Source: Alphaproteobacteria bacterium (lineage in GTDB: Bacteria; Pseudomonadota; Alphaproteobacteria; UBA828). Taken from it: DNA of 64,000 bases. The DNA lies in assembly GCA_965237415.1 (NCBI GenBank), contig CBDEFM010000002.1, positions 2,464,001 through 2,528,000 on the forward strand, in the 5' to 3' direction. Positions within the stretch are counted from its first letter, which is position 1. Every line of letters starts with the position of its first letter. Below the pieces are notes generated by a model that searched no databases, was not told the origin of the DNA, and saw only the letters and a program-made list of their open reading frames with translations. This document shows, piece by piece, positions 20,537 through 30,595 of the stretch. The position numbers were made by a program, and so were the translations under genes.

Positions 20537-21118
20537 CTACTCGATGATGTGGCGCACCAGCTCGATCACATCCGGATCGGACCAGTCGCGATCGCCCAGC
20601 ACGCGTGCGACCTCTGCGCCCTCGCCGTTCATGAAGATCGTGGCAGGGATGCCGTGCACCCGGAGCGCGCGCCCGGCCGCCATCTTCTCATCGATCATGA
20701 CCGGCAACGTGGTGAGGTCGTGATCGTTGTAATAGTTGCGCACGAGCGGGGCGCCGTCGCGGTCGAGCGAGAGCGGCAGGATGACCAGCTCATCGCCCAG
20801 CTCGCGCTGCAGCGCATCCATGGTCGGCATCTCGGCCCGGCACGGGAAGCACCAGGTTGCCCAGAAATGCACGGCGACGGGTGTGCCGCGGTAATTGGCG
20901 AGGCTCAGCTGCTCGCCGGCCTCGTCGGTAAAGACGATCGGCGGCGGCTCCAGCGGCCCGTCGGTCACGACCAGGTTGAGGATCGCGCTGCCATCGGTGC
21001 GCTTATCGAGCGCACGCAGCGCGTCGCCCTCGGCAGCGAGCAGGGAACCGCCGTAAAGTGCTGTGCCGATCACGGCGACGGCGGCAGCAAGCCGCCCGAG
21101 AATTCGGATAGAGGTCAT
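20537..21118 (-). CDS. TlpA-family thiol:disulfide oxidoreductase
   Basis: FWATWCFPC redox motif, GIP cis-Pro loop, N-terminal anchor; adjacent to ccdA. Confidence 0.9.
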   Translation of the reverse strand: MTSIRILGRLAAAVAVIGTALYGGSLLAAEGDALRALDKRTDGSAILNLVVTDGPLEPPPIVFTDEAGEQLSLANYRGTPVAVHFWATWCFPCRAEMPTMDALQRELGDELVILPLSLDRDGAPLVRNYYNDHDLTTLPVMIDEKMAAGRALRVHGIPATIFMNGEGAEVARVLGDRDWSDPDVIELVRHIIE

Positions 21119-21183
21119 GGCCGTTGCTCCCGTGTCTGCCAGCCGCCCACTCGGGCATAGATAGTGAGCCTGGGGCGTGCTGC

Positions 21184-21981
21184 CTAGCGCCCGGAGCCTT
21201 GCTCACCATGATTTGAAGCCGCGCCGGCGCGTGCCACGGTCTCTATGGCCGCGCACAGACGGCCAAGGTCGTGCTCCCGCGATAGGCGGTGGTCGCCGTC
21301 CTTCACCAGCTCGGCCACGACGCTCTCGCTCCTCACGCGCTCGGCGATGCGCAAGGCGGTCCGCCAGGGCACATCCTCGTCGACCATGCCTTGCAGCAGG
21401 TGGATCGGACAATCGAGCGGGATGGGCGCGCGCAGCAGCAGATGACCGCGCGCCTCCTCGATCAGGCGCATGGTGATCGGATAGGGATCGTCGTCGTAGT
21501 CGCAGGGGAGCTCTATGGCGCCGGTCTCGGTGAGGCGCTGCCGGGTCTCGTCGTCGAGCGTGGACCAGATGAGGTCCTCGGTGAAATCGGGCGCCGCCGC
21601 GACGCCGACGAGGCCCGCGACGCGCTCAGGCCGTGCCAGCGCCACCAACAGCATCACCCAGCCACCCATGCTGGAGCCCACCAGGACCTGCGGTCCGCGG
21701 GCGACCCCATCGAGCACGGCCAGCGCATCGTCCCGCCACCCGCCGATGGTGCCGTCGCGGAACGCGCCACCGGATTCGCCGTGGCCGGAATAGTCGAAGC
21801 GTATGAAGGCGCGGCCCGCGCGGCGGCAGTGGGCTTCCAGGGCCGTGGCCTTGGTGCCGGTCATGTCCGACATGAAGCCGCCGAGGAACATCACGCCAGG
21901 CGGCTTGCCCTCAACCGTGCGGTAAGCGATCGCCTCGCACCCGGCGCGCCGCAACAGCGATGGCGGTGGAAGATCCTGCAT
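21184..21981 (-). CDS. Alpha/beta hydrolase
   Basis: GGFMSDMTGTKA, GSSMGG nucleophile elbow, DVP, GDHRLS. Confidence 0.9.
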   Translation of the reverse strand: MQDLPPPSLLRRAGCEAIAYRTVEGKPPGVMFLGGFMSDMTGTKATALEAHCRRAGRAFIRFDYSGHGESGGAFRDGTIGGWRDDALAVLDGVARGPQVLVGSSMGGWVMLLVALARPERVAGLVGVAAAPDFTEDLIWSTLDDETRQRLTETGAIELPCDYDDDPYPITMRLIEEARGHLLLRAPIPLDCPIHLLQGMVDEDVPWRTALRIAERVRSESVVAELVKDGDHRLSREHDLGRLCAAIETVARAGAASNHGEQGSGR

Positions 21982-22158
21982 GAAATCGCTCGCTCGATCC
22001 GGATGACTGCCCGTGCTTTGCGGATTGCCGCTCGACCGGGTGGCTCGTGAGCCTCGCGAAGCCGGGGGGCGGCAGCATAGCGGTGTCGACGCCCGATCAC
22101 ACCCGGGACTTACCTGCGCGGCCCGAGAAAACCAGCGCCTCCCCTGTGTGCCGGTGAG

Positions 22159-23622
22159 ATGACGAAAGTGACGTCGCGCGTCGACGCAGCCGGCGATCTA
22201 CAGTTACCGCCTGACGAGATGATCGACCTCGCGCATAGGGTGACCGAACTCCTTGTGGAGCGCACAAAAAACCTGCCGGAAGAGAATGCCTGGGAGGGTG
22301 AGTTCCGGCAGGTGCTCGAAGACCAACTGTTCGAGGACCCGCCCGAGGACGGGCGGTCTGCCGCAGAGGTGATCGAGAGGGCCGCGCGCGAGATCCTTCC
22401 GTTCACGTTGCGTAACGATCACCCCCGCTCCTTCGGGTTCATCCCGTCATCGCCCACCTGGCCCGGCGTGCTGGCCGACTTCATGGCCGCCGGCTACCAC
22501 GTCAACCAGTGCACCTGGCTGGTCGCGAGCGGCCCGAGCCAGCTGGAGCTGGTCGTCATCGACTGGTTCAGGCGCTGGATCGGCTATCCGGAGGGCGCGG
22601 GTGGGCTCTTCACCAGCGGCGGCTCGGCGGCGAGCGTCGACGCCTTCGTCGCCGCGCGCGAGGCGATGGGCCACCCCGAACGCGCCACCGTCTACATGAG
22701 CGATCAGAGCCACAGCGCGCTCGCCCGCGCGGCGATAATCGTCGGCGTCCGGCGCGAGTGCATCCGCATGGTCCCGAGCGACCCGCATTTCCGCATGGAC
22801 ATGGATGCGCTCGCCCGCGCTGTAGCCGACGACCGCGATGCCGGCCTCAGCCCCATCGCCGTCGCCGCCAACGCCGGAACGGTGAGCACGGGCGCAATCG
22901 ACTCGCTCGAGGAGATGGCCGACTTCTGCGCGGCGGAAGGCCTCTGGCTGCATGCCGACGCCGCCTACGGCGGTTTCGCGGTGTTAACCGAGCGAGGCAA
23001 GCGGCGCCTGCGGGGAATCGAACGCGCCGATTCAATGGGCATCGACGCGCACAAGTGGCTCTTCCAGCCCTACGAGGCGGGCTGCCTGCTGGTGAAGGAC
23101 GAGAACACGCTCAAGGACGCCTTCGCGGTCCGGCCCGATATCCTTCAGGACACGGTCTGGGGGGCGAACCACCCCAACTTCTCGAACCTCGGCCTGCAAC
23201 TGAGCCGCTCGGTTCGCGCCCTGAAGGTCTGGATGTCGATCCAGACCTTCGGGATGGCGGCGTTCCGGCGCGCGGTCGAGAAGGGGATGGAACTGTCCGC
23301 CCGGGCTGAAGAATATGTCCGTGCGAGTCCGGTCCTGGAGGCCATGAACGCGGTGACGCTGGGGATCGTGTGCTTCCGGGTCAATCCGGTGGACGATGAC
23401 CTCGACGAGGAGACGCTGGACAAGGTCAACAGGACCTTGCTCGCCCGCATGTTCTGGGACGACCCCGCGTTCATATCGTCGACGCTGCTGCACGGAAGGT
23501 TCGTGCTCAGGATGTGCATCATCAATCACACCACGACCTGGGACGACGTGCGGGAGACCCTTGAAGCCGTGGAACGCTTCGGCAGAGATGCAACGTCGAA
23601 GGCGGTGCATAGCAGTACGTGA
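22159..23622 (+). CDS. Group II PLP-dependent decarboxylase (aromatic-L-amino-acid decarboxylase-like)
   Basis: TSGGS, QSHSA, AGTVSTGAID, HADAAYGG, DAHKW (PLP lysine). Confidence 0.88.
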   Translation: MTKVTSRVDAAGDLQLPPDEMIDLAHRVTELLVERTKNLPEENAWEGEFRQVLEDQLFEDPPEDGRSAAEVIERAAREILPFTLRNDHPRSFGFIPSSPTWPGVLADFMAAGYHVNQCTWLVASGPSQLELVVIDWFRRWIGYPEGAGGLFTSGGSAASVDAFVAAREAMGHPERATVYMSDQSHSALARAAIIVGVRRECIRMVPSDPHFRMDMDALARAVADDRDAGLSPIAVAANAGTVSTGAIDSLEEMADFCAAEGLWLHADAAYGGFAVLTERGKRRLRGIERADSMGIDAHKWLFQPYEAGCLLVKDENTLKDAFAVRPDILQDTVWGANHPNFSNLGLQLSRSVRALKVWMSIQTFGMAAFRRAVEKGMELSARAEEYVRASPVLEAMNAVTLGIVCFRVNPVDDDLDEETLDKVNRTLLARMFWDDPAFISSTLLHGRFVLRMCIINHTTTWDDVRETLEAVERFGRDATSKAVHSST

Positions 23623-23685
23623 GCGCGCATCGTCATCGGCTGCCTCACCGACGGCGCCTTCGGAGGATAACGCTCGGCGATCCCC

Positions 23686-25101
23686 TTAGTGGAATTCGAC
23701 GTAGCGGTAGTCGAGGGGCTGGCCGTGAATGCCGCGCTTCGGATGAGCGATCCAGCCGGCCATCGCGCCGGGCTCGGTCACCGGGTGCATCAGGGACTCG
23801 ACGAAGGCACGGTCCGCCGCGCTCGGCAGCCAGTCTTCCCGCTTCGCCGCCCATGTCGCGTCGTCGATCAGCGTGCCGTCGGGAGCGGTGTGGATGCCGG
23901 CGAAGGCCCCGATGTTGCGGTGGAAGGCGCGATGCGGCAGGCGCAGCTCGACGTCGATGTCGAAGCGGCGCAGCACCTTGTTGAAACGGTCGATGCCGCG
24001 CTGGCTGTCGTCCACATAGGCACCGCGCAGCGTCTCGTTCATCGCCTTCAGTGCGGTCACCTCCTTCGACGCCACCTTGCCGCCCTCTATGGCCGGGACC
24101 GCGACGGTGCCCTCGGCGAGCACGTGGTCGTCGTCGATCTTGGTCTCCTGGTAACGGCCCTTCAGCCCCATCGAATAGTAGTTGGCGGCGTTCGTCGATT
24201 CCTCCGAGCCGAACAGATCGAGGCAGATCGAGTAGTGGAGGTTGATCCACTTCTGCAGCAGCGCAAGCGGCACCGCACCGTAAGGCGCAACATCGTCGGT
24301 GTCGTGTTCGCGCATCTTCTCGCAGGTGCGCCGCACGATGCGCATGATGCCGGATTCGCCCACAAACATGTGGTGGGCCTCTTCGGTCAGCATGAAGCGG
24401 CAGGTGCGGGACAGCGGGTCGAAGCCCGATTCCGCGAGTGCGCAGAGCTGGAACTTGCCGTCGCGATCCTGGAAGAAGGTGTACATGAAGAACGAGAGCC
24501 AGTCGTCCGTCGGCTCGTTGAAGGCCTCCAGCGTGCGCGGCTTGTCGGCATCGCCCGCGTGGCGGGCCAGCATCTCCTCCGCCTCCTCGCGCCCGTCGCG
24601 GCCGAAAAAGGCGTGCAGCAGGTAGACCATTGCCCAGAGGTGCCGGCCCTCTTCGACATTGACCTGGTAGAGGTTGCGAAGGTCGTAGAGCGAGGGCGCG
24701 GTGAGGCCTAAGCGGCGTTGCTGCTCGACCGAAGCGGGCTCCGTGTCGCCTTGGACGACGATCAGCCGGCGCAGCTCCGCGCGGTACTCGCCGGGCAGCT
24801 CCTGCCACGCAGGCTGGCCCTTGTGGATACCGAAGTTGATGCGCCGGTCGGGCTCGGGCGGGGCCAGGAAGATGCCCCACCTGTAGTCGGGCATCTTGAC
24901 GTGGTTGAAGTGGGCCCAGCCATCGCGCTCGACGCTGATGGCGGTGCGCAGATAGACGTCGTGCTCCAGCGCACCGACGGGGCCAAGCTCCCGCCACCAG
25001 TCGAGATAGGCCGGCTGCCAGCGCTCAAGCGCGCGCAACAGGCGGCGGTCATCGGCGAGGCCCACATTGTTGGGGATGCGTTCGTTGTAGTCGACCTGCA
25101 T
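23686..25101 (-). CDS. boxB: Benzoyl-CoA 2,3-epoxidase subunit B
   Basis: IPNNV.L, QGDTEPASVEQQR, NVEEGRH, DRDGK, EEAHH di-iron ligand motifs; WIA.P.RGI..QPLD C-terminus. Confidence 0.95.
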   Translation of the reverse strand: MQVDYNERIPNNVGLADDRRLLRALERWQPAYLDWWRELGPVGALEHDVYLRTAISVERDGWAHFNHVKMPDYRWGIFLAPPEPDRRINFGIHKGQPAWQELPGEYRAELRRLIVVQGDTEPASVEQQRRLGLTAPSLYDLRNLYQVNVEEGRHLWAMVYLLHAFFGRDGREEAEEMLARHAGDADKPRTLEAFNEPTDDWLSFFMYTFFQDRDGKFQLCALAESGFDPLSRTCRFMLTEEAHHMFVGESGIMRIVRRTCEKMREHDTDDVAPYGAVPLALLQKWINLHYSICLDLFGSEESTNAANYYSMGLKGRYQETKIDDDHVLAEGTVAVPAIEGGKVASKEVTALKAMNETLRGAYVDDSQRGIDRFNKVLRRFDIDVELRLPHRAFHRNIGAFAGIHTAPDGTLIDDATWAAKREDWLPSAADRAFVESLMHPVTEPGAMAGWIAHPKRGIHGQPLDYRYVEFH

Positions 25102-25134
25102 CGGGCTCCTTTCGCGGCGCCGGACCTGCCGGTG

Positions 25135-26796
25135 CTAGACGCGGTTGCGGTCGAAGGTGGGCTGCACGCCCGACCCGTAGAGCGCCAGCGCACCATCGGG
25201 GCCGACGGTGTTGGGGCGTTGGAATATCCAGTTCTGCCAGGCGGAGAGGCGGCCGAAGATCTTGGTTTCCAGGGTCTCCGGCCCGGCGAAGCGGAGCGAG
25301 GCCTCCATGCCGGTCAGCGCGTCCGGCGAGAATGCCGCGCGCGCCTCGATGGCGACGCGCACCTCATCCTCCCAGTCGATATCGTCAGGCGCGAAGGTGA
25401 CGAGGCCGAGCGCCTCTGCCGCCTCGGCGTCGAGGTTGGCGCCCACGGCATCCAGCGCGGCGGCGAGCGCGGCGTCATCGCCATAGAAGCGGCTGGCGAG
25501 CCGCGAGAGGCCGTTCGCCATCGGCAGAGGGCCGGTGTTCATCGCCGTTAGCCGCACCGTCGCCGGCGCCAGGTTCGAGTCCTCGAAGGTGCCGTCGAGC
25601 ATGAAGCTGCGATCGGCCACGAGCGCGAGTTCCAGCAGCGTGCCGGTAAAGCATGAGCCCGGCTCGATCAGCGCGAGAAGGCTGCGCGCGCTCACGTCGA
25701 GGCGCTTGAGGGTGCGCTTCAGGTAGAGGGTGATCTCGCGCGCCAGCCAGTCGTCGGCCGAGGCCACAAGCGCGGCATCGGCCGCGGCCATGTGATCGGC
25801 CTCGCCTGCTGTCTTGAGGATCCAGGTGCCAATTGCCGGCTCGTTGAAGCGCAGGTGCAGGATCGCATCGTCAAGCTCCCGCGCCAGCGCCAGCGGCCAA
25901 AAATCGGCACCGGCGGCATGAATGGCGTCGCGGCCCGAAGGCGGCGGCGCGTTGGGCGCGGAGACCGTCAGCGTCGCCGTGCCGCTGGCGCGGTCGAGCA
26001 GGACGTGCACATGGCGATAGGCGACGGCATCGTCGGTCACGGTGCGCCCGAGCGGCGGCAGCGCAATACCCTTCGCATCGGCCGGCCGGTCCGAGTCCTC
26101 GGCGAGGGCTGCCGCGCGGGCGGCCACGGCATCGACGAGGCGGGAGCGCGGCACCAGCTCGTCGACCAGATTCCATTCCAGCGCCCGGCGCCCGCGCACG
26201 CCTTCGCCCGTGGTACAGAAGTAATCGGCGCGGTCGCGGCGCACGCAGCGTTTGTCCACGACGCGGGTGAGCCCGCCGGTACCCGGCAGGACCGCGAGCA
26301 GCGGTACTTCCGGCAACGACACGGCGGTGGACCCGTCATCGACCAGGAGGATGTGGTCGGTCGCGAGCGCGAGCTCGTAGCCGCCGCCCGCAGCGGTGCC
26401 CGCGACCACCGTCATCCAGCGCTGGCCCGAGTTGGCCGATGCATCCTCGATGGCGTTGCGGGTCTCGTTGGTGAACTTGCAGAAGTTGACCTTGTCGATG
26501 TGCGACGAGCGGGCGAGCATCGCAATGTTCGCGCCGGCACAGAACACGCGGTCCTTCGCGGACGTGAGCACCACGGCGCGCACGCGCGGGTGCTCGAATC
26601 GCAGGCGCTGAACAACGTCGTAGAGCTCGATATCGACGCCGAGATCGTAGGAGTTGAGCTTCAGTGTATAGTCGCCGGCAATGGCGCCATTCTCGTCCAC
26701 GTCGAGTGCGAGCGTGGCAATGGCACCGTCGAAGGCGAGACGCCAGTGGCGGTACTCGTCCGGGTGGGTCCGGAAGTCGATCATGATCCCCGCCAT
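25135..26796 (-). CDS. boxC: 2,3-epoxybenzoyl-CoA dihydrolase
   Basis: LKLNSYDLGVDIEL, FCAGANI, KFTNETRN, LPEVPLLAVLPGTGG, WQNWIFQRPN. Confidence 0.95.
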   Translation of the reverse strand: MAGIMIDFRTHPDEYRHWRLAFDGAIATLALDVDENGAIAGDYTLKLNSYDLGVDIELYDVVQRLRFEHPRVRAVVLTSAKDRVFCAGANIAMLARSSHIDKVNFCKFTNETRNAIEDASANSGQRWMTVVAGTAAGGGYELALATDHILLVDDGSTAVSLPEVPLLAVLPGTGGLTRVVDKRCVRRDRADYFCTTGEGVRGRRALEWNLVDELVPRSRLVDAVAARAAALAEDSDRPADAKGIALPPLGRTVTDDAVAYRHVHVLLDRASGTATLTVSAPNAPPPSGRDAIHAAGADFWPLALARELDDAILHLRFNEPAIGTWILKTAGEADHMAAADAALVASADDWLAREITLYLKRTLKRLDVSARSLLALIEPGSCFTGTLLELALVADRSFMLDGTFEDSNLAPATVRLTAMNTGPLPMANGLSRLASRFYGDDAALAAALDAVGANLDAEAAEALGLVTFAPDDIDWEDEVRVAIEARAAFSPDALTGMEASLRFAGPETLETKIFGRLSAWQNWIFQRPNTVGPDGALALYGSGVQPTFDRNRV

Positions 26797-26904
26797 CCGT
26801 CGGGCAACGGGGCCGCTCCCCGATGCCGTTGGCGCGCTAAGGACTATATGGCGTGTCCCGGCCTGCTATCCACGGAAATCGGGCGGCAGGCAGGAGGGCA
26901 TACG

Positions 26905-28221
26905 CTAATCCTTGGGACGCAGGTCGAAAACCCGCTTGGCCTTGCCGATGGAGCGCTCGATCGAGCCCGGCTCTCCGACCGTGACATTGCTGCTGATGCC
27001 GATTTGCGACTTGATACGGCCGGCGAGATCGCTCCCGGTCGCCCCTCGGGTCTCGTTGTCGGCAGCGCCGGGCTTGGCCTCGACGACGACCGTCAACTCG
27101 TCGAGGCGGCCGGGCCGCCGCACTTCGAGATAGTAGTGCGGCGAGAGACGCTCGTCTTCGAGCACGATCTTCTCGATGAACGACGGGAACAGGTTGACGC
27201 CGCGGATGATCAGCATGTCGTCGTTGCGTCCGGTGACCCGCTGCATCCGCCGCATGGAGCGTGCGGTGCCCGGCAGCAGCCGGGTGAGGTCGCGGGTGCG
27301 GTAACGGATGATGGGGCACGCCTCCTTGGTGAGAGAGGTGATGACCAGCTCCCCCAGCTCGCCGTCGGGCAGCACTGCGCCGGTCTCGGGATCGACAATT
27401 TCCGGATAGAAGTGGTCCTCCCAAATGTGGAGGCCGTCCTTGCTTTCGACGCATTCGACCGAGACGCCCGGGCCGATGGCCTCGGAGCAGCCGTATATGT
27501 CGATCGCCTGCATGGCGAAGCGGGCCTCGATCTCCTCGCGCATCGCCTCGGTCCATGGCTCGGCGCCGTGAATGCCGATCTGCAGCGAGCAGCGCCGCGG
27601 GTCCAGCCCCCGGCGCTCGAACTCATCGGCGATCGCGAGCATGTAGGACGGCGTCACGGCAATAACCCGGGGCTCGAAGTCGCAGATCATCCCGACCTGA
27701 CGCTCGGTGAACCCGCCCGATGCGGGGATCACGGTGCAGCCCAGCTTCTCGGCGCCGGCATGGAGGCCGAGGCCGCCGGTGAAGAGCCCGTAGCCGTAGG
27801 CGACGTGCACCATGTCGCCGGACCGCGCGCCGGCGGCGCGCAGGCACCGGGCCACGAGGCCGGCCCACATGTCGAGGTCGGCCCTCGTGTAGCCCACGAC
27901 GGTGGGGATGCCGGTGGTGCCGCTCGAGGCATGGATGCGGATGACCCGCGCACGGGGCACCGCAAACAGGTCGAAGGGATAGTTGAGGCGGAGGTCGTCC
28001 TTAACCGTGAACGGGAACTGGGCTAGGTCGTCGAGGGACGTGAGATCGGCCGGGCTCACGCCGGCATCGTCGAAACACTTCTTGTAGTGGGCGACATTGT
28101 CGTAGGCGTGCCGCAGGGTCGCGCGCAGCCTGTCGAGCTGCAGTGCCGCGATTTCGTCGCGGCTCGCGGTCTCGATCGGATCGAGTTCGTCCGGGCTCGG
28201 GGGGCGGGCGGGGTCGTTCAT
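26905..28221 (-). CDS. paaK: Phenylacetate-CoA ligase
   Basis: HASSGTTG, YGYGLFTGGLG, GAEPW, IRYRTRD, GR.DDMLIIRGVN; SD GGAGGAG before ATG at 28221. Confidence 0.93.
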   Translation of the reverse strand: MNDPARPPSPDELDPIETASRDEIAALQLDRLRATLRHAYDNVAHYKKCFDDAGVSPADLTSLDDLAQFPFTVKDDLRLNYPFDLFAVPRARVIRIHASSGTTGIPTVVGYTRADLDMWAGLVARCLRAAGARSGDMVHVAYGYGLFTGGLGLHAGAEKLGCTVIPASGGFTERQVGMICDFEPRVIAVTPSYMLAIADEFERRGLDPRRCSLQIGIHGAEPWTEAMREEIEARFAMQAIDIYGCSEAIGPGVSVECVESKDGLHIWEDHFYPEIVDPETGAVLPDGELGELVITSLTKEACPIIRYRTRDLTRLLPGTARSMRRMQRVTGRNDDMLIIRGVNLFPSFIEKIVLEDERLSPHYYLEVRRPGRLDELTVVVEAKPGAADNETRGATGSDLAGRIKSQIGISSNVTVGEPGSIERSIGKAKRVFDLRPKD

Positions 28222-28279
28222 GGCGCTCCTCCAGCAGTGCCGCACCATACCGTATCGCACGCCGGCGGCATCGCCCGCG

Positions 28280-28308
28280 TTGACAGGTGCGTGGCCTGCG
28301 CGGATAGT
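28280..28308 (+). promoter_or_regulatory. Sigma70-type promoter for pheA
   Basis: TTGACA, 17 nt spacer, GATAGT in the paaK/pheA divergent region. Confidence 0.55.
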
Positions 28309-28367
28309 CGGGCGCCTGTTTCGGTGGCGCCCGTTGCGGCAGCCCACACCCGTCAGGCTTCCGCCCC

Positions 28368-29270
28368 ATGTCCTCATCGACCGTCTCAAGCGATAGCAGC
28401 GACCGAACCGACGATCCGGCCACGGTGATCGCGTTCCAGGGCGCACCCGGCGCCTATTCCGAGGCCGCCTGCGTGGCCCGCTACCCGGCGATGACCACGC
28501 TCCCCTGCAAGACCTTCAGCGATACCTTCGCCGCGGTCGCGCACGGCCGCGCGGGGCTGGCGATGATCCCGATCGAGAACTCGGCGGCGGGCCGGGTGGC
28601 CGACATTCACCAGCTCCTGCCCCAGTCCGACCTCCATATCATCGCCGAGCACTTCGAGCGCGTCCGGCATAACCTCCTCGCCTGCCCGGGTGCCGACCCG
28701 CCGGGGCTCGAGACCGTGCACTCGCATGTCCACGCGCTCTCCCAGTGTCGCAAGCTCATCGACCGGCTGGGCCTGCTGCCGGTGGTGCACGCCGATACCG
28801 CAGGCGCCGCTGCCGAGGTGGCGGCGGCCGGCGACCCGAGCCGAGCCGCGATCGCCTCCCGGCTTGCGGCAGAGACCTATGGACTTGCGATCGTCGAGGC
28901 GGACATCGAGGACGAGGCCCACAACACGACGCGCTTCGCGGTGTTGTCGCGGGAGCCGCTCGATCCCGGCCCCGACGGCGGGCCGGTGATTACCTCCTTC
29001 ATGTTCGAGTGCCGCAACGTGCCGGCGGCGCTCTACAAGTGCCTCGGCGGTTTCGCCACCAACGGCGTCAACATGACGAAGCTCGAGAGCTACATGGTGG
29101 GCGGAACCTTCTCGGCGACGGTCTTCTTCGCCGAGGTGGAAGGGCACCCGTCGGATGCGGCGCTCTGCCGCGCGTTGGAAGAGCTCGACTACTTCTCGCG
29201 GGAGGTCCGGGTCATGGGCGTCTACCCCGCCGATCCCTACCGACGCGAAGAGGCCGCCAACCGACGCTGA
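28368..29270 (+). CDS. pheA: Prephenate dehydratase
   Basis: AFQGAPGAYS, PIENS, HNTTRF, ACT domain with TKLES. Confidence 0.95.
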   Translation: MSSSTVSSDSSDRTDDPATVIAFQGAPGAYSEAACVARYPAMTTLPCKTFSDTFAAVAHGRAGLAMIPIENSAAGRVADIHQLLPQSDLHIIAEHFERVRHNLLACPGADPPGLETVHSHVHALSQCRKLIDRLGLLPVVHADTAGAAAEVAAAGDPSRAAIASRLAAETYGLAIVEADIEDEAHNTTRFAVLSREPLDPGPDGGPVITSFMFECRNVPAALYKCLGGFATNGVNMTKLESYMVGGTFSATVFFAEVEGHPSDAALCRALEELDYFSREVRVMGVYPADPYRREEAANRR

Positions 29271-29315
29271 GCGATGCGCGTTGCAGGCGCCCAGGATTTC
29301 CGGAGCCGAGCCGTG

Positions 29316-29577
29316 ATGACCGAGCCAACGCCGCTACAACGTACCGTCACATGGCCCGTGATACGCAACTCGCTGATGGTGGGCGTGGTCGTCGGCACCA
29401 TCCTGAACATGATCAATCAGGGCGAATACATAACCGGCGACGGCCCGATCAACTGGTTCAAGCTCGGGCTGACCTAATTGCGTGCCGTTCTGAGTCGCCA
29501 CTTACGGCGCTTTCTCCGCCGCGCGCATCTTCGAGAAGCACGCGCGGGCGTGGGAGAAGATGCGCAGCGGCGGCTGA
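29316..29577 (+). pseudogene. NrtS-like small membrane protein, disrupted by a frameshift and a nonsense codon
   Basis: VVGTILNMINQG...KLGLT then TAAT (extra A at about 29476); the +1 frame continues YCVPF*VATYGA with TGA at 29491. Confidence 0.7.
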
Positions 29578-29608
29578 GGCCTCCACTGCAGCATCCGCGT
29601 GGAGGCAC

Positions 29609-30379
29609 CTATTCCCAGCGCGGATCGCGCCCGGCGCGGTAAGCCTCCATCGCCTCGGCGAAGTCAGGCGCGGCCATGGCCTTACTTTGCAGCACCAGAT
29701 ACTTGTGGAAGAAGCCCTCCCAACCGAGGTCGAAACAGTCGAGCAGCATCTGTTTGGAGGCCCGGCACCCGGCGGAGTTGGTAGAGGCGTATTCGGCGAG
29801 ATAGCCCTCGTACTCGTCGAACGCGGTATCCTCGGCGACCAGGTGATCGACCATCCCGATGCGCTCGGCCTCGGTGCCGTCGATCATGTTGCCCCGGATA
29901 ATCAGCGACTTGGCGCGGCCGAGCCCGACATAACGTGCCAAGCGGAAGGTCCCGAGCCCGGGGATCAGCCCTTCCTTGATCGCGGGCAGCCCGAGCTTGG
30001 CCGACGGCGTGCAGACGCGGATGTCGCAGGCCAGCGCGAGTTGCAGACCGCCGCCAACGGCGTAACCGTGAATGAGGCAGAGGACCAACTTGTCCATCGT
30101 TTCGAACACCCGGAGCGCCGCGTCCCACATGTCGAAATAACTCGGCTCGATCCTGCCCGCAGCGAGATCCTTGAGGTCGATACCGGTGGAAAACGCCCGG
30201 CCCGATCCGGCGATCGACACCATCCGCACATCATCGTCGGCGGCGACGCTGTGGGCCGCGTCGAGCAACTCCCGCGTGCCGGTCATGGCAAAGGCGTTCA
30301 GCCGTTCCGGCCGCGTCAATTCGATACGGAGCAGCCGTCCGTCGCGCGTCAGCTTCATGGTCTCGTAGTCGGCGGTCAT
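29609..30379 (-). CDS. Enoyl-CoA hydratase/isomerase family protein
   Basis: RPERLNA, FSTGIDL, GGGLQLALACD, GLIPG crotonase motifs; the usual catalytic Glu positions appear substituted. Confidence 0.88.
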   Translation of the reverse strand: MTADYETMKLTRDGRLLRIELTRPERLNAFAMTGTRELLDAAHSVAADDDVRMVSIAGSGRAFSTGIDLKDLAAGRIEPSYFDMWDAALRVFETMDKLVLCLIHGYAVGGGLQLALACDIRVCTPSAKLGLPAIKEGLIPGLGTFRLARYVGLGRAKSLIIRGNMIDGTEAERIGMVDHLVAEDTAFDEYEGYLAEYASTNSAGCRASKQMLLDCFDLGWEGFFHKYLVLQSKAMAAPDFAEAMEAYRAGRDPRWE

Positions 30380-30595
30380 GGCGGATGTCCTCGAGGCGTG
30401 CACCGGGCGAGGGGCCGCGAATTGGCGGACTCGTGTCGCGGCACACGGGATGGGCTCAAACAGGCGAAAAAGCATATCGTCCGGGGTCGTGCGGCGGAAC
30501 CCTGTTCGCAGGAACCGATGACGGGTGAACGGCCCACGATCTACGCGCGCAACGGAATGCGTGCATAATGCGCCAAAATCTTCGAGACGATGCCA

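Noticed and set aside
29491-29493. Selenocysteine readthrough at the TGA replacing Cys in the NrtS-like gene
   Set aside because: An independent frameshift lies just upstream and no SECIS-like hairpin is evident, so decay is the simpler explanation.
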